From Macrostomum lignano (lineage: Eukaryota), in the NCBI GenBank assembly GCA_002269645.1, contig NIVC01000708.1, forward strand, positions 401,453 through 465,452: a stretch of DNA of 64,000 bases. The letters run 5' to 3'. Every line of letters begins with the position of its first letter. Position 1 is the stretch's first letter. The notes below the pieces were generated by a model. The model had not been told where the DNA came from. It saw nothing but the letters and a program-made list of their open reading frames with translations, and ran no database searches. Of this stretch, positions 60,101 through 64,000 are shown piece by piece. Both the position numbers and the translations under genes were made by a program.

Positions 60101-61148
60101 ACGTCCATCGCCGCCTTGCCCAGCAGCTGCATCGGCCTGTCCGACCCGTACGCGAACAGCCTGTCCGAGGTGGTCTGCAGGTGCGGCCGCTGTCTCAGAC
60201 TCTCGAACGTGGCCCGTTGATCACATTTCGAGCCGCACCGCTGTCGATCAACACCGACAGTCTGGAGCCGTTGATCTCGGCTATTGTGTGGGCCGACTGC
60301 TCACCCTGATCGACCTCGAACACGCCGGAGTCCGGGTGGTCCACCTTCTGGTAGCTGGTCTCGCCTTGCAGCGTTGCGACGGCGTCGGCGCCGCTCTGCG
60401 GGGCGCCCTGCTTGGACCTGCAGGCTCGCGCGAAGTGGCCCGGCTTCCCGCACTTTCTGCAGCTCTTGCCCTGCGCTGCGGTGCACGTGGGGTGCCCTGG
60501 CCTGCCGCAGCGATCGCACGATACGTGCTGCGTTGGTGTCTGCGGCATCTGTGGCTTCTGGTCTCTTCTGACTGCTGCGAGCTGCTGCGGTTCCCCTGGC
60601 CTGTCGCTCTCCATCGCGGTGGCCTGCTGCTCCGCGGCTTCTTTCGCCCTCGCCTTTTTGAGCACATCTGCCAGGGAGATATTGTTGGTCTGCAAGAAGT
60701 CTCTCCTGAGTCTCTCAGATTCGCAGTAGGCGACGATTTTGTCACGGATCAGCGAGTCTCTGAGGGTCCCGAACTCACACTGCTCCGCCGCCTTGCGCAG
60801 ACGCTGATACCACTGGTCGATCTGCTCGCCAGGCTGCTGTCTGCAGGTCTCAAACTTGAAACGCAGGAACAAAATGTTATTCTTCCCGTCCCAGAACGTC
60901 TGGATGTTTTTCGCGAGGCTGCTGTAGTCCTATCCAGAGGCGATCTCGTTCTCTTCGACTACAGCCTGCAGCTCCTCTCCTGCGGCGTACAGCAGCAGCT
61001 GCTGCCCTCGAGTCTTGTCGGTGATTCCAGCTGCATTGATGTACGTGGCGAAGCGACGAGTCCATGCAGTCCAGCGCTGTGCTGTGGAGTGGCAGTCGCT
61101 ATCGATTGTAAACGGCCCGGGTGGCGCGAGTGAAATTTGCTGAGTCAT
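57121..61148 (-). CDS. Gag-Pol polyprotein, interrupted (in-frame TAG at 60932-60930; frameshifts near 60205, 59900, 59177, 58235)
   Basis: CCHC knuckle CRKCGKPGHFARAC, protease LIDSGA, RT WIHDD, RNase H DAGPTGLGA...YSQTEKEALA, integrase HQGH...CRSC / ADFVGP / TDNGPPF / NGMTER. Confidence 0.9.
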
Positions 61149-61180
61149 GATTTTTAAAGGTTCAGTTCTTGCGACGCCAT

Positions 61181-61353
61181 TGTAGTAACTGAGTCAGAGG
61201 CCGTGTTTGCTGTGTAGCCAAACTCTTACAAATCTCGCCGCGCTGGGCACGCGTCTATATATTATGGAGTTAGAATTGGGGTGGCGGCACCCACCCCACT
61301 CCGCAGCCAATCAGACTGCCCGGGCGTACCATACTGTGCGTACGCACACTACA
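61181..61353 (-). repeat. 5' LTR
   Basis: Contains TATATA and an ATTGG box on the element strand; followed by the PBS. Confidence 0.97.
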
Positions 61354-61972
61354 ATGTTTTGAAGGATTCTTTTCGCCGAAAAATACACTACGAAGATAGG
61401 AAGCTTTCATTTTTCAGCAAAAATTATTATTGCTTTAGATAGGAGGCAGACCCAATGTTCGTCTTTTGATATGTACGTTGTGCCTTTCTTATAGCTCTAT
61501 TGATATTCAAAAATCTTTTCCGTCAGAAAATTAAGGATTCTGTGTCAATTTTTAAGTCTATATACATTTCCTGCACCTAAAAATCATAAAAATGCATGAA
61601 ATTTGCATGAAAAATGAAAAATGAAAAATGCGTGAAAATGAAAAATGCATGAAATTTATTCAAAGATTAAAACAAAAATCACAGAAGCAAGTTCAGAAGC
61701 GCGAGTTGATTCTGTAATTATTACAATTATAGATTCTAGTAAAAGTATAAATTAAATTTGGTATATTTTATTTGCTTAATAACTAATAATTTAGACAAAA
61801 AGTGGATTTCTTTTTAAATTTTAATCTTTCCATGAACCCTCAATATAGCGCGTGAGCTCGCCCACTGCACCTGCTTTACTTCAAAAAAGCTCAGCCTGCG
61901 TGATACTTAGCTAATGTTTTTCTGTGTCGGAAAATTGAACTTTTTGTAATTTAATCACCCGAAGCCTTCATT

Positions 61973-63066
61973 ATGGAAGGGCAGAGCAACGAAGATAGAG
62001 TTGGAATATCTGATTTTATTTTATACGACTCTCTTACCAACGAGGACATTGTCGAAAACCTTCAAGAACGGTGAGTCCACAACCGCCATCCTGGCACAAT
62101 ATAAGTGCCGTTTTACGCATATTTTTTCCGCTGTTTTCTTGATAAAAACGTGAAGCAAAGACTTACTTTAACCAGTTGAAATGTAGCTAATAATTTTTAG
62201 TTCTCTTTATTATGAAAGGCTGTATTTTGTTCATTTAATTTTTTGTAGTGTTGAAGATTTGTAGTGTTGAAGATTAAAGAAATATGTATGGAAGATGTTT
62301 TGGACTATACCTAATTTAGTTACCAAAAAATTAGGCTGCAATTCTTTGATAAAAGAGGATATTTATTATCAGTATTTACTTAGCAGTAGATTTAAAAAAG
62401 TTGCTCTATTTAAATGGTTTATTGAATTTTAGATTTTAGCTTTTAAAACTTACTTATTCGATTTGTTAACTTTATACTTACTTGATGTAATTTTAGTTCA
62501 TTTTAAGACAAAAAATGTAAAATTTTGTTATAAATTTCGTTAATTTTGATTGAAATAAATATTTTTTATGCATACTTGCATTTTAGTCAAAAGAAGTAAT
62601 TCAGCCTTTGGGTTTGGCTTTTACTTAAATGTGAATTGAAAAATTGATATCTGCTATTTTAGCAAACTTGGTCCCATAACTGTACTTTGAACATTAAAAC
62701 CATCATAGATTCGCTAAGAACAAGATCTACACCTATATTGGCGAGATTCTGGTCTCCGTGAACCCCTATCGAGACCTGCAGCTCTACACTGAAAAGTACA
62801 TTGCGGACTATCGAAACCGAGAGCGCTACGAGCGGCCGCCGCACATCTACTGGGTGGCGGACACGGCGCACAAAACTCTGGCCAGATTCGGGCAGGACAC
62901 CTGCATTCTGATCTCCGGTGAGAGCGGCTCTGGCAAGACAGAGGCCAGCAAAGTCATTCTGCAGTATTTAGCCCACAATGCCGCCTTCGGTGCTGGCGGC
63001 CGCACCCGCCGGTCTCCGGCAGAGTCGATCGATCGATCGGCAGCGAGTTCGAGCTCAGGTGGATCG
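61973..63066 (+). CDS. Class I myosin heavy chain, exons 1-2 (61973-62070, 62709-~63066); gene continues beyond the window
   Basis: MEGQSNEDRVGISDFILYDSLTNEDIVENLQER|FAKNKIYTYIGEILVSVNPY and P-loop GESGSGKTEASK. No N-terminal SH3-like extension; CG|gtgagt and catag|A keep frame. The exon 2 donor is tentative. Confidence 0.9.
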
Positions 63067-63737
63067 GTTAGTACTGCTGTGTACTTTTAGACAAAAAGTA
63101 CATGTGTACTAATATTTGCTCGATGAAAAGTCTCTAAGCCTTTTTAATGCAATATTATTCAGACTTTGACTTTTCTCCGACAAAAAGTGCACATGTACTT
63201 AAAAAATGAAACAAAAATCTAACACGAAGTACAATGATACGAGAGTTGTCTTATTGATGTGTACTTTTGTTATAGCTTTATGATTAAATGCGTATTTAAT
63301 TTTTATTAACTGTAGTAGTTTCATTTTTCTTCCACTATACTAAACAACAATCGCGACGAAAACTAAAACAAAACAATCTGAAAAGTAAAACTAAAAGATG
63401 AAGAAAATGAGGTGTGCGGCCCAAGGCGCTCATTCATTTCTCGGACTCGAATGCAGCAAATTGAAATGTAGCGAAAATGTTGCAATTTTTATGCCCCAGG
63501 TTTTCCGGTCTCCGTCTATTAGCTGAGGGAAGGTGGTTGCAGTTTTGCGCAATCTGCACGCCCTGACCCGGCTATGGGACTGGCAGCTCACGGCTTGTGA
63601 CTCAGGCCTTGTGAGGAAGTCTGCACTTATTCAAACTCACTGACCAAGTTCTGTGCTTTTATTTTCTATATAATGCGACTGTCGATATTGGCTTTCATTT
63701 CTGTATTAGAAATCTTCTTGTGACTCGCAACGCTCTC

Positions 63738-64000
63738 CGATTCTATGACCCACAATGCCTCCCGATTCTATGACCCAAAATGCTCCAGATTATACATGTA
63801 TGACCCACAATGCTCCCGATTCTATGACCCACAATGCCCCCGATTCTATGACCCAAATTCGATGACTCACAATGATCCCAGCCACTCGATGACTCACACA
63901 ATGATCCCAGCACTCCGATGACTCACACAATGATCCCAGCACTCCGATGACACACAATGATCCCAGCACTCCGATGACTCACACAATGATCCCAGCACTC
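63738..64000. repeat. Compound minisatellite (~23-bp, then 29-bp units) in myosin intron 2
   Basis: CCGATTCTATGACCCACAATGCT units, then CTCCGATGACTCACACAATGATCCCAGCA units. Confidence 0.9.

Larger units (their letters stand above)
56746..61353 (-). mobile_element. Full-length Ty3/Gypsy (Mag-like) LTR retrotransposon, 4608 bp
   Basis: Two 173-bp TG...CA LTRs with no difference seen; 5-bp TSD ATGTT (56741-56745, 61354-61358); PBS TGGCGTCGCAAG next to the 5' LTR; PPT GAAAGGGGAGAGA next to the 3' LTR; domain order gag-PR-RT-RH-IN. Confidence 0.97.

Overview
Eukaryotic (metazoan) genomic DNA with GC-rich exons, AT-rich introns and intergenic DNA, and many intronic minisatellites. The style resembles a free-living flatworm such as Macrostomum (inference only). 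Left to right: (1) RAD21 cohesin kleisin on the minus strand, running off the window start; (2) a ~9.5 kb CpG-depleted region with a Helentron/DINE-like repeat; (3) a band 4.1/coracle FERM gene; (4) several tandem arrays; (5) a divergent PRD-class K50 homeobox gene; (6) an MTA (NuRD subunit) gene whose last intron holds a tandem array of its own 3' splice site; (7) a head-to-head inverted pair of ZNFX1-like SF1 helicase genes; (8) a very recent 4.6 kb Ty3/Gypsy LTR element; (9) the first two exons of a class I myosin. The ZNFX1-like genes have the architecture RGG - cold-shock/OB-like folds - UPF1-like helicase - NF-X1 zinc fingers - tankyrase-like PARP domain. The plus-strand copy keeps the H-Y-E triad. 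The minus-strand copy has lost the catalytic-Glu strand and a 532-bp block. This helicase-PARP fusion pair is the most novel system here. Single-base homopolymer frameshifts in the multi-copy regions look like assembly errors. All alignments and counts were done by eye.
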